Source: Phoronis australis
Taxonomy: Eukaryota > Animalia > Phoronida
Length of the DNA: 64,000 nucleotides
Direction: 5' to 3'
Assembly: GCA_002633005.1 (NCBI GenBank)
Contig: NMRA01000131.1
Location: 807,808-871,807, forward strand
Below the pieces are notes generated by a model. That model did no database searches, was not told where the DNA came from, and was given only the letters and a program-made list of their open reading frames with translations. Both the position numbers and the translations under genes were made by a program. Within the stretch, counting starts at the first letter, position 1. Each line of letters starts with the position of its first letter. Positions 1 to 12,600 of this stretch are shown here, piece by piece.

Positions 1-748
1 TACAAATTCTAAAACAGTTACATAATTTTTAGCAACATTATTGCAATCAAGTATTTTAATTACAACCAATTCTCATGAATGAGAAAAATGATATATTTGG
101 GCTGGTTACAAGCAGAGATGCATTTTCTTCAAAATAAAACAGTCGTGTTGGAAGAGTATTTAACTGAAGGAATTAGCATCTAATTCATTTCAGATATTAA
201 AATCCTAATCAGAAAGGTTTAACAACAGTCCCAGTTCTCATCATGTTACCTATCACCTGTTTACAGCCAACACACCTGACTCATGTACACAGAGAGCAGC
301 TTAACTTAGCATGTAATCAACACTTGCAGATAGGAGGATCTCGCCCTTGATATTACATCAACAGACATTATGAACGGATGCAAGTTGGGGAAATTCCACA
401 TCTCAAAAAGGGAACCAGGAATACACCGACTAAACTAAATTATCATTCCATAAAAATACATCAAATACAAAACAGGTGTTATATATGACTCATACTAGAG
501 TGACAAGCAAATTGTGCACAAGACAATATGGACATTTTTTGACTTTTAAAGAAAAGAAAATTTAATTAGTTACCACAGTGACAATGTTAATTTCTACGGA
601 AACCCTGTCCTTTGGACCATATGGATCATGGCAACTTATTTCAAACGTGTGAAAAAAAGAATTTCACCTGAGACACTGAAGTTCAATAAGTTCAACTAAA
701 CAAGTGAGTGGTTTCAAAAAGTAAAGGTTACTCAATAAGCATAATTAC

Positions 749-1307
749 CTTGAAGAACTAACGCCTCTTTTCCATCCCTGAGTAAAGTTGCTAACAACAA
801 ATAAAGTGGTGAATTGGTTGTAAGTTGATTAATGTCCCAAGTATCATCGTCGTAAACAATAATTTCTCTGTGACACTGTCGTTTCACTAGTTCCTTAGCT
901 TCAGGTGATGATATCAAGTCACAAAGATTTGCTTTTCCACTGACAAGTTTTCTTTTGCTAAATCTGTCTGTGCAGTTAATATTTATAGCACCGCTAACAT
1001 GGCCCCTATTGAAAGACAGGAAAGACCGACAGTCAATTAACAGGAGGGGACTTCTCGAGGGGTATCGTATTAGAGCTGCCACATTTTGAGGTGGAACTGT
1101 CTTAGGCTTGCAGTACGCCTTTCCATGGTTTATGCTCAACAGACTGAGCGCTTTCACTGCTGAATCGACGCCGTCTAAACTGGTTCTGGGCTTTTTGGCT
1201 ACTGGCCCGTTCGCCATGCAGCGCAGTGGAGCAAGGCACAGTTTCAGGCCTTCACGCCTCTCGTTCAGATTATACGACGGCATTAAGATGTCCACACCAC
1301 ATGACAT
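749..1307 (-). CDS. DUSP10: First coding exon of a DUSP10/MKP5-like dual-specificity MAPK phosphatase (rhodanese/CDC25-homology domain with kinase-interaction motif); rest of gene lies left of the window
   Basis: Translation LLIDCRSFLSFNRGHVSGAININCTDRFSKRKLVSGK...LISSPEAK...EIIVYDD...LLRDGKEALVLQG matches the DUSP10 N-terminal domain (IIDCRPF..YN.SHI.GAV.INC.D.ISRRRL..GK). Phase-1 GT donor (AG|GTAATT) at 748. ATG at 1307, or at 1283 (MPSYNL.., resembling the DUSP10 start). Confidence 0.88.
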
Positions 1308-1504
1308 TACCCGTGCAAAGTTAAACAAAGCTTGTATCCATAGCTGACGACAACTGAATCGAAAAGTCTGAAGCGTAACTTCTGAATCCCAAGTAACGAG
1401 CGAAGCAACAAGGCTCACTTCTCGCAGCGACACTTCACGGACAACTTGCCACGACAAGAACGTTGCCAAAACTTGGGTCAAACTTTCTTCTGGATCAATT
1501 TAAC

Positions 1505-1780
1505 ACAGTCGTAAACATATAAGGATGTTCAGACCGTTTACTCCCGGAGATGAAACCAGCTAATTTGTAAACAAGTCGTTTCCAGACGAGATATTGGTTA
1601 ATAATTCACCGACCACCAGCTGCTGGCTTTCAACTGTACAACAAAGGTGACGTCAAAATGAGATCATTGTTGTTACTAAAAATAGCTTCGGCAATGACAT
1701 CATCCCCATGGTGATAGTTCGGAAACTTTCGTCACGATCCGTAACTTTCAATTTTGTAGTCGACCACAAGCTGACGTCTT
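1505..1780 (-). promoter_or_regulatory. Putative proximal promoter of the DUSP gene with CRE/ATF and forkhead motifs
   Basis: Perfect TGACGTCA at 1648-1655, TGACATCA ~1695, TGACGTCT ~1772, GTAAACA(A/T) at ~1511 and ~1567, all within 500 bp of the ATG. Motif inspection only. Confidence 0.4.
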
Positions 1781-4442
1781 CCATTGGTATTACGGTAATT
1801 AAAATTTTGTATATACTATTTGGTAAATATCAAGAAATAAAACGTATCCTGATCAGAAACTTATTTGGAGTTCCTAAGAGGATCTAGTATCAGTGATTTT
1901 TAAAAGTGGGTTTAAGCCTTGTAGATCGATGCTTGCTTCTAATGGTGATAACCTTGATGATAATAAAATTTTAAAGTTCTCTTTTAAACGCAAAGTTTTG
2001 ATTTTCTTTTTGTCTGCAGTTTGCAGACATTTTTCACATTTTGTAGCTCTAGCGACGCCGAGCGCGGCGCCTGCGGGCGAGACCCATACGTGCACAAAAA
2101 TATAAACCGTCTGTAGGTCTAATTGTAAAAAGTAAGATGAAACATTTATCAACATTTCAATTCTCTTTTCAACAACAAATTTTTCTCGTTTGCGGAAAGA
2201 GGCCTTTCGGTCACTGAGATCCCGTGGTCAGGATACAACGTCGAAGTTTTGTTAGACAGCGACATCTATTTTACATTGTCTGAACCAATTAGCCTAGGCA
2301 GTGCGTAGATGACTGATCTTCAGTTGACCCGTTGACTGGTTAATGTAAACATGTCCTCAAACCGACCTCTTGACCACAGAAAATAAATCGTGACTGTGAC
2401 ACATTTCCATTTGATCATACACTTAAATTGCGCAGATTCTTTGTCCTTAGTGGGTCATACTAATTTTCACAAGTAAAAGCGTTGAAATGACAAATACCCC
2501 TTTGATTTGAGTCATCTTGCAAACAAAACTGAGTCCGTATAACCAAACAACATAAGGCACGATTCAAAGGCAAGAAACGCCACAACTGAAATTATCTACA
2601 AACAATTGATGGTTAAAACCTAAAATCCCTGTTTTGCCTTTACAGTCAAATAATGGACCTCTCAAATACCACAAAATAATAAGTTCCATTCTTGACAACA
2701 AATTGATAAAATACCTCCCATGACATATTCTTATTCACTATTAAAAGGGTACTTCCCTTGCAATACATCAAAACTTCAAAAGAAGTAATTCAACATTTGT
2801 TTAAAAGCTAACAGACCAAAATCACGAAATACCCACCTCCATGGGATCGTCATTGATTAATTGTCCATATATATGAAGATGACTTTTAGATTTCTTCGTG
2901 TCATCAACCAAGCACAAAAATCAAAAGGCGAATTGTCATTTTACTTGAGGCCCAAGACGTCATATGTTAAGCTAGTGTTAGCTCTACGTTGAACAAAGCT
3001 GGCTGTTCATTCTAGGAGTTATGCATGCATTTCGGAGTGTTTCGAGGCAGCATGAATGATCACGAGCTATGAATTGTAAGCTGACATTCGCCTCCACAAT
3101 GTAGTGGTCGCTTCTTTCTTCAGCTTAACGTTTCAGCAGAGAAAGGTAAACATCACTTTAAAGAGCAATTTACAACATTCAGAAATATGGCGAATGTCGT
3201 ACTGTCGTTTCTTTAATACAGTCGGATATGTGCCAAAATGAAGACTCCTTTGTTTGGTCGCCAACTCAACGTGAGTGATTCTCTTGTTTTCCCTAATTCA
3301 ATGACCTTGAGATCTGTACTGAAAGACTCGGGCTTATGAAGATTATAACAAAGTTATTCATAGGGTATGAAATCTTCTAGTCAGCATTGACGTGTCTTTT
3401 CAGTTTTATTCAAATTAAAAAGTTTTTCGATATTTTGTTAGGTCTTTTGCGCGGAACTTAAGTGGCGTTGTCACTTATCGCATCGCTCTAATCTCATTAT
3501 AATAAATTTGTCCATTGAACAAACTTCGTGCTAAGTTAACGGAGAAGAGAAATAAGCAGTTAAGGTATTGAATTGTACACCAGTTATCGGTTCTTAGCTG
3601 AGAATGAACTTGTTGGAAGTAAAACGAATTTATTTTTTACTTATATGAGTTGTTTATAATTGAAACGAAGCCTTTGCATAACAACAGTCCAGCTACTAAC
3701 TACGCGTGCTATTGCCCAATGGTTACTAACTAATCATTTCATTCATATTATTTTTTTGCTTCTTGCCTGTTTCCACCCACTACACGCCCTACGTTCAAGC
3801 GCACTATAAAAATTAAACAATGGATTTATAATTTAGATACTTTTTTAAGAACAACTTGCTGGCGATATGCAAAAGGAATTTTTCAACAAACAGTTTCTCT
3901 ATATACACTATACGTATACAGTGATTGTAGTTCGCCATTTTCGTGCAAATTCGACATATGCAACCTCTTATAGTTATAGGTGTAATGTTTCCGCAACGTC
4001 TATTGGCGTGAATAATCTAAACAAGCTATTTCGATAAAGGCAGTTCGATTATTTAGTATATTTGGAGAACCTAAATGAACTATAGTATCTGAAATGTCGT
4101 TACTATTTTCCGGGTTTTTTCTTGCTTTTTTCTAATAAACCTCCTTACATACATTCTTGTGTGCAGGCTCTAAAATAGCTTCCAATGTCTGATCTTTCAA
4201 CACCTCTCACCAGTCAACACCATTGACACGTAATGGTACCGTCTCATTGCTCAAGGCTCAGTTTCGTGACACTGTATTAGTCTTAACTTTGACCGAAATA
4301 GTAATGCTGTCATTCCATCTCATGTCACGTTGCGCTTGCTGAACAATGCAATTGACGGCATGCACACAATCAAGCTTGAGACTTAAACTTTCATGAAATA
4401 GAGCCCAGCAAATAAACTTGAACGTTCACCTAGTTGTCTCAT

Positions 4443-4640
4443 ATCGTTGGCCGCCGAGTGGAAATTGTTGCCCACAAATTACGGTCGTAAATTATGGGCG
4501 TAAACACGCATTTCACGCCCGTGTTTTACAAGTGTGAATTGCGCTCGTATTTTACGTTTGTGAATTACAGGCGTAATTCACGAGAGTAAAAGACGAGCGT
4601 AATTTATAGGCGACACTTTCCTCTCAGCGGCCAACGACAG
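4443..4640. repeat. ~200-bp imperfect palindrome (fold-back MITE-like)
   Basis: Outer arms TCGTTGGCCGCCGAGTGGAAA / TTTCCTCTCAGCGGCCAACGA; inner stem CGCTCGT..GTGAATTAC-AGGC-GTAATTCAC..ACGAGCG. Confidence 0.7.
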
Positions 4641-4859
4641 TCTCGCCTCTAAGTATAGTAGTCGCGCATAATAACGTTTAAGCTCGCCTGTAACCAAGCC
4701 ACGCCCCTGTAACAAACCTAAGTATCTAGGAATGGAATTGGACGAAAATCTATCTGGTGAGAAAATTTCTAATAACATTCCTGAAGAGTTCGTCAAAAAT
4801 ATCTTTTAAATACTTCCTGACAAAAGTATCATCTCTCAACGTCTACTACAGAGTTATTC

Positions 4860-5190
4860 ATTTTTCCCGGTGAAAGAATTTCCAGAAAAAATCACAAAAT
4901 TCACAATTTTTGAAATACGCTTGAAGGAAAAACTCTGTTGTAGTCACCACAGAGTTTCTAATCTCCCTCCCACTTATGATAATAGCGCGCATGCGCTCAA
5001 AGTCATTCGCCAAACTGCTGACAGATCAGATGGATATTAAGGGTAGATTATCATGTGTGATCGCACTCCGAATCTGAGGTCGAGAGGGCAGTAAGAGAAA
5101 AGTCAATGAAGCAAGCAATTTTCCAAAAATATTTTGTTCCAAATGCATTTTAGCATATATTTGAATACTAAGACACCTTTATAACTAATT
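4860..5190 (+). repeat. Dispersed repeat; second copy at ~62940-63210
   Basis: Shared blocks TGTAGTCACCAC.GAGTTT.TAATCTCCC, CACTCCGAATCTGAGGTC, TGAAGCAAGC.ATTT and TGAATACTA in both places. Confidence 0.75.
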
Positions 5191-5399
5191 TTAAACAGTA
5201 AGGACTTATATCGATTGCTTCTTAGGCGGACTGGCTGTTGCTTGAAGTCAACATTGTTTTGTTTATATCAAAGGCCAAACAAACAGATTCTCATTCTATT
5301 TATACCAAGCCAACACATGAATAAGTGGGAAACTAACCTTGGTGCTCATGCATCTCCTTACTGGTGGAGAAAGGCTTATACTTATTCTTCACAATTTAC

Positions 5400-5990
5400 T
5401 ATTTTACGGACCTAGTTTTCGGACCCTTCCTGGTCCTTCGTCGGGGTACTGGCGGGAATCTTCGCGTCACATGGCCACCAGTGGGTGGTCAGTCCTTGAC
5501 GGTTGTCAAAAACCTGGTGGCTATTACTTGCTTGGAGGCGCTGGTAAGTAGCTGGTAATTCGCATCCGCTGTGTCTGTTCAATTTTGATTTATTGCTCAT
5601 GATTTCGATTGCTTCTCTGATTTTACAATTCCAAATAGACAGTATTTTGATTGTGGGTTTGCAAATGTTATGCGATGTGTCCATGCGGTGTTCTCCGACG
5701 GCTGCAGGGTTACCAGATGACATGTTGGTTCCTACATTCCGAGCGGTCTCAACAACATATTTGGCTGGAAAATTAGGACACGCCATCATGTATACCTACC
5801 TGTATTTCTTGTTGCCGTCTGTCTTGTTTTTCGGGTGGATTAAGGCTCTTCGTAAGGTGTTGAATGGTTTGTATTATGTGCCCTTCTGGTGTTCTTTGAA
5901 GATGTTAAATAGTTTTTCCTAGAGCCGTGGACGTATGGAAAGGTTACGTTCGCTCTAAAAGGGTCAATCTCCTTAGACACATAATCACAT
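5400..5990 (-). mobile_element. Decayed 3' end of a Penelope-like retroelement (linker plus GIY-YIG endonuclease)
   Basis: Minus strand reads PYVHG..NIFKEH..YKPFNTLRRALIHPKNK...VYMMACPN..KYVVETARN...AAVGEH..TSHNI..KILS...KIREAIEI...LNRHSGCELPATY, the typical PLE GIY-YIG pattern, with stops/frameshifts; followed by a hammerhead-like motif at ~5405-5450. Confidence 0.85.
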
Positions 5991-6030
5991 TGGGTCTGGG
6001 ATGTTACACCCAGTTGGAGTAGTCATTATC

Positions 6031-6130
6031 CAGTGGCGGATCTACGTTTTCAGTAAGGGGGGGCTTAGGATTCCCGCAAAGGTCGAATCCGAGGCGTGTG
6101 GGGCCGAGCGGGGGGAGGTCGGGAGGGGTC
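6031..6130 (+). mobile_element. Truncated MITE of the CAGTGGCGGATC family (fuller copy at 61184-61418)
   Basis: CAGTGGCGGATCTACGTTTTCAGTAAGGGGGG..TTAGGATTCC closely matches 61190-61270. Confidence 0.7.
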
Positions 6131-8132
6131 TTCATGAAGTGTGTATCACATTTTAGTGTGATGGTGGTTCTTTTGCGGTCAACCGATGTTAAATAAATCA
6201 ATAGAAACTACATAATACTGTTGAGAATTTAGCAACGAAGGCTCTCTCCTAATAAGGGCACAAATTTCCCCCCTTATTAAAGTAATCGTTTTTCAATTTG
6301 ATAATGATTGAGTGGGGCAGCAGGTTTATCAGTAATCTAACTGTCCACGTATACTACGCTGATGTTAACTAGTTCCTCGTAGATTTGAGGCACTGAAGCG
6401 ACACCTATCATGCAAGTGAACTCAAGTGTCTTTCCAAGTACGGCTTGCAATGAGCGTGGAACTAGTTTAAAGTGGTGGTACCGCATGCTAACAGGGACGG
6501 AAAGTGTGACGTCACCGTAATGAGGTAGTCTAGGAGATTCTGTCATCTTGTTTCTACCCCATGACACTTTTATGTGGGAAATTATATAATGTCAAAAATG
6601 TAACTGAAAAATCACGAGTTTTAATTGGTGTTTAATTCCATGTGATTCTAATAGAAGTTAACTGGTTACTAAATGACCTGTGACAGACAAAATCCTCTCT
6701 GGGTTGTGCGCAGAAATCCCACCCGCGTAACTCTGTTGAAAATGTGTGATATATTAATTAGATAATGAAGATCCCAGTTAAATCTTAGTAGAGTTTCGTA
6801 GAATCACGAATTTCGATAAGGAAGGTGTTGTGATCACGTGCTTCGTTTGCAGTTCATGGCGAATTCTTGTATTTTCGTAATACTTTCCCGTCTACTGGAC
6901 TTTCTCCATGCTTAAAATTTTTAATAGTGTTACACTGAGTGCCATATGGATGATGGCAGAAAGCAAGCATTTTGGAAAATACCTAATAACACTATAACAA
7001 TTTGTCTGTAATGTGTCATTCGGTGTTCATTGTGGCACGATTGCTGATTTTAAGTCAGTTTTAGTCGGTACTCCAAATATCTAATGTAGCTCAAACTTTC
7101 AATGGCATACCGTGGTTGAGATTTTTGGAGATTTCTGGAGGGCCCAACCCAAAGTGTATTTTGTGTGTCATAGGAAATTTAGTGACCAGTGACATGCATT
7201 GAATCACATGGAATTGTTTTTTTTTGTGGTACCTCGAATGTATGCTCTAATTTTCCATTTTTTTTTTTAATATTTTGGAGATAGTCCAAGTTATACATCT
7301 ATGCTGCTATCAATACCAAATAAGTGAGTAAAAGCACGTGAACATAACTGAGAACACTGAAGGTGATCAACACCGGACCAACTGAATGGCTTTTAGCAGG
7401 AAGAGATATCTCTTCCCGCTTTTAGGTACAAATGTTAAAATGTTCACTCTTTACGTGTGAATTCTTTGGTATTTTTCTTTTTTATCTATGAAGAGCTAAA
7501 TCAATAAATCACAAGACAATTTCATTCAGTCATTTAATGTTTTGAAGTGAATCTAATTCTAGAATTGATACACTAAACATGTTTTCATTTGCTCCAGGAG
7601 ATGATATGAGTTGCCTTTGAAATGTCTCTCTCTCCCTCTCTCTCTCCCGCCCTCTCCCCCCTCACCCCCTCCCCTCCTCCGGTCGAAACCAGTAGCTAAA
7701 CAGACTGCGTAACAGGCTTACTCGGCTTTCACCATGATCCCAATGGTCACCTATTACTCTTTCCATTGGATCTGGTTTCATTCACAAAACCAAATTCCCT
7801 CACCAATTTCACTGTTATTATTAATTTAGAAAAATGAAACCCCTGCGCTTTTCTTCCAATTTGGTTGTATTTGATTGCGCCACAATGTTGCCCAGTTACA
7901 CCTTCCCTTCTTTATGCGGCACTGTCACGAACACATCCCCATGTATTGTAAGACATCGCGAGATATCGCCATGTATTGCAAGTGATCACACTAGCCTCTT
8001 TGGCGAGATTCTTGAGTCTACGAAACAATAACTTTACCCTGGTTTACCTCCCCAAGCATGAAGATGTCATGGCATATATATAGTTGAGGCGTATGTGTGC
8101 AGCTTCACATACAGGTTCTTGAACATAAATAC

Positions 8133-8203
8133 CGCGCACGCACACGCACAAACACACGCACACGCACACACACACACACGCGCGCGCGCGCGCGCGTACA
8201 CAC
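8133..8203. repeat. Compound (CA)n/(CG)9 alternating purine-pyrimidine microsatellite
   Basis: CA/CG mix with an uninterrupted (CG)9 at 8179-8196. Confidence 0.95.
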
Positions 8204-8858
8204 TCTCACACGCAGTCATCAACAGCTGACCGGAGCCGGACGTTGGCGGAGCCGACGTCGTATAAGTGGCATGCCGTGTCTGTTTTGATGACAGAACTCC
8301 AGTTACGTAACAACAGGTATAGGCGAAGTGAAAATTCGTAGAAGTAAACATGAGTTGAAATAATCTTACACCTCATTTCAGCTAAATAGATATTCCTCTT
8401 TAAAACATTTGCTTTGTCAGTGTTGTAAGTTTCTTCAAATCACATTGCCTGCAATCACAACAAAGTATCATGAATTCGAAATATAGTAATTTCATTTACT
8501 TCGATATAAGTAGAACATCTTTTCAAATGCCACAAATAACTGAAAAAACAATTAGAGGGTCTAAGAAGTTTAAAACTCCCTCACACATAGGACAAAACCA
8601 CGCGGATTTACTATGCCCTCTGGTCAAAGCTCCCCCTAGTGTTAAACACATCAAGAACCAAGATGAAGTGCACGAGATGCGGATTTAATGTCGCTAACGT
8701 GAGTTGATTAGTACGTTAATTACTTGATTTAACATCTTCGGCAACTGGAGGTCTCGAACGTTTCATGCTTAATTTAAAATCAGTGGATGAAAATACCATT
8801 AGGAAATTTCATCTTATCGACTTCAAAAAGAATGCCGAGTTGAAATTCATGACAACAC

Positions 8859-9007
8859 CATGTGCGGATCCAGGGTCATGACCATCATGGGGTCTGACAA
8901 TGGACAAACATGCAAGGCTGGGTACTTCACATCCCTCCATTGTAGCAAGGCAAAAGCGGCCTAGCAGGGGGTCCGGAACACTTGAATCTCCTGTGGATCC
9001 GCGCCTG
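8859..9007. mobile_element. ~150-bp MITE about 415 bp upstream of the PCSK2 ATG
   Basis: Terminal inverted repeats CATGTGCGGATCC / GGATCCGCGCCTG, same style as the elements at 6031, 30471 and 61184. Confidence 0.65.
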
Positions 9008-9422
9008 TTAACGCTTGTTTGGTATTTTGCATTCGTTAATGCAAATTTCAGTGAAAGGCCAAAGATTCTACAGTTGTCACGACGTGACGAGTGTTGGTGA
9101 CGTAGTTGCTAATCGATGGCCGCACATGATAGGTTGCCGTCCGTTCATTATGCTCGCCAACTCGTTGGCAAATTCATTAGCTACACTCGATCGACACGAC
9201 AAGAGGAACTGCCTCGCAAGGTAAAAACAGGTCGTATTCCGCGCAACTATTTTTTAGATGAATCTCTAGCGGATACATAAAACAGCAAGAAAAGGGTTAG
9301 AGATATTTTCGAAGCTAAATTTTCGCGTAGCTGTAGCTAGGACTAGGGTCTGACAGGTAGATCAGTCAGACCGTAAGGAAGTGTCATTGTAAGATAAGAG
9401 CAAGGAAGGCGGACTCGCTGAC

Positions 9423-9602
9423 ATGTTCACACGATGTGTAGCTAACTTTATTGTGCCCACAATATTAGTGGTTCTCCTGCGAACGTCAGTATGCGAGAAG
9501 GAGTTTATGCTCAACTCTTGGTACGTCTTGTTACACGGTGATGTCGGGGCTGAGGCGGCGAAAGAAGTCGCCAAGCGTACAGGCTTTACGTACGTTAGTC
9601 CG
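9423..9602 (+). CDS. PCSK2: PCSK2 exon 1 (signal peptide, pro-domain start)
   Basis: [19 protein letters not shown]...[11 protein letters not shown]...[16 protein letters not shown], then GTGAGT donor. Confidence 0.9.
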
Positions 9603-12600
9603 GTGAGTAAATGCGTTTTCAATTTCTGTTTTCTTTGTTTGCCACACGCAGCTCGTTCCGATATATTTCCTATTCACTCAGTTCAAAATATTTTGCTTTG
9701 TGTTTGGTGTTAAGAAAACATTTTGAAATACGTCGTGACTATTTTTGTGATTTCTAAAAATGTTTTAGCACAATCGTTTTCCACTTGGAATTGACTGTGA
9801 TTATCTGACATCCGTGACTGTAATTAACATACTATAGACTTACGTGTCTCTATTGATCTTACTTTAACAAAATTCTGATGTAATTGAGACTGATTACAGT
9901 AAAAATTTGTCCTCTTTGTCTGTATCAAGAAACCAATGCTTTTTAGACACTTTAAATTTTGATGTTATTGATTTGCAAAAAAATCATAATTGCCTTTTTA
10001 AAACAAAATTTTAATATCGAGACGTAATATGCCATATATGACAATATTGCAGCGTTGAAGCACTGTCTTCCAACTTGACAATACTCCTATTACTGGGTAA
10101 ACATTTGTTCTGGTTGGTTATATTTCCTTACATTCAAACTAAGCCGGCGAATTGATACAGCTCAGACTATCCTTTGTAACAGTCGCAATACATATAGCGT
10201 ATATCGACATCATTTTGCGCTATACTTCGTCAATTATTCATCGATGGACTCTTTTACCAGAAAACTATGCGAGATTTGAATAACTGATTTACTGTGAAGT
10301 AGTCGTTGAGAGAGACGGTTTCTGTAATTATGTAAATTGAATTTCTATCTTTGTGAACGAATGCTTATATTCATGTTTTTGTCTCACTGTTTTACCACAA
10401 AACTTACATTCCGTACATTGATTTGCAATATGGCACTAGAAATTATTAGTCGGGGAAGGGATGGCCATACAGAGTCTGGTGCCGGTAACGGATTTGAACT
10501 GAAGAGTACAGCCAACTTGGCCTTGTTTCAAATTTGTTTTGATTCTACCATGAGCGACATTTGATTCGCATACCCTTCAATTTTTCTTTCCTGAAGCCAT
10601 TCCACGACATGACAAGAACAGACTCGTTTCCCTGAGCGGCCTTAAAATAGCGTATCTTGGTTTTCTGTGGGGGTTGTAGAATCATTTCCTTCAACGTCAT
10701 TTGTAACAGTGATGAATGTCCATAAAACAAGGCGGATAATCTTGATAATTAGGGCCTCAATGATCTACGGTAATCTAATACTGACTACATCCCTGTTCTC
10801 TACATTGGCTTCTTAAGATAACATTTGCCTCTATCAATCTCATCAATAACCCTCTTCTAGTCAATGTGAAGAGCCATCTGTCGTAGAAATCATAAATTGG
10901 TCGCTTGACAACGCAGATATTTTGTAGCGTTATTATGATAAACTATATTTTGTAGTGTTCAGTGATCAATTTACTTCCCGTAGCCAGTTTCTTTATTTGG
11001 ACGTAAAAAATCCGTTGAGAAACGCCTGGCTCATCAGGATGCCCCGGTGCCAGCAGGAAGGGGAACGTCAGTGCCGGGATGTCTCCCATTCGTATGTATT
11101 TGAATGCCAACATACGGATCCCGTTATCCAGTCAGTGAATTGCTCAGATGCTCCATTCAAATAGATACAGGCCTGACACTGAATCTCGGGGAGGGGTACC
11201 CAGTCCTTTTTGATTCTTTCAGTCGCTCTCATACGGAACGCCAAGTCCAGCCATCACAGCTTACTTACAATTCACGGCTGGTACTCATCAGACGACTGAC
11301 TGGGAACTGAAAGTGCCTACTGAGTGTACACAACATTATTCACTCGCTTTTAAAAAAGAAATGAGCCTTCACCTGATACTATTATTATATCACTGCAATT
11401 TTTCAGAAAGGGTCTGCGTTCTGTAGACGTGAGAACTTCGCGAAAACGCAAGACCACGCAAAACGAGATATCGCCTTGTACATACAGATACACATTGCTT
11501 TTATGCCTCTACCCGCATTTCAAGCGACGAACGTGACCAAACTAGCTTTCTTAGCTTGATGCGCCTACGGAGCTTAGACTCGCGTAGACTTCAGTAGCTA
11601 CGCGGGTTGAAAATCTAGCCAAAATCACGTGTTTTCAGTTAAATACACGGCAATATCTCACGTAATTTCAGGAAGTCTTGCTTTTTAGCGAGGCCTTAGC
11701 GTAGGACGGTCCTTACGTTGCTGAACTCTATCCTGATCTTACTATTTTACCTGCCACTGCGACAATGAGTTTACATTCCAGAAAAGAACAGCAAACATGA
11801 TTTTGACCATAGCAATTCCAGAAAAGAACAGCAAACATGATTTTGACCATAGCAATTTTTGAGAAAAAAATGTGTGTCCGAGGGTTATTCTTTTAAAACA
11901 CTGATATCCAGTTTTCATATAAATCATGGTTTGGTTTTATCCGTGGGTTCGTTTGTGTAACTTGTCTTTATATTCGTTTGATTGTGATCACGTGATCAGC
12001 GCGTTGGTGTGATGATATTAAGTCTATCTTCGTCGAACAAAGCCTCGGAAATTGCGTTCAAGAACAGTCGACAGTCTGAAACACAAAAAGTTAGCCAAAC
12101 ACACTAAAGTGAGGAAGAAAGCAAAGACATCAACATGATATGATTGCACTAAAAATGCCAACAAAGATATTTTTTCTGTTGCAAAGAGGATGAGATTAAA
12201 CATACAAAGACATAATAGTTATGGTAAATGTATTGATTTTGATTTTTAAAATATATTCAACTGCAGACGTCACAAATGTACCAAGCGTTAATGTAATTGA
12301 TATGTGAAATCAAACTAAAAACAAGAAGTACATTGTCAACCGCCAATTAAATTATACATGGTAGGCGGTTGCTGGAAACAATTATTATAACATTAACTGA
12401 TTACATTTTCAGAAAGGGTAAAACACGATAGTATAAATATTCCCAGTCGACGTTTCGATTGAATAACACAATTATCATCAGGAAAAAACCAAGGTAAAGA
12501 AATATCGTAAATACAGTGTTCTACATAATAAATGTGTCATTTAATCCACGAATATTTTTTGGCGTTCACAGTAATTGTTATACGCCTAATCATAGATTAT

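Noticed and set aside
1308-1481. N-terminal extension of the 249-aa DUSP ORF
   Set aside because: Depends on a TTG start from the ORF caller; first in-frame ATG is at 1307. The ORF tail below 749 is intron.
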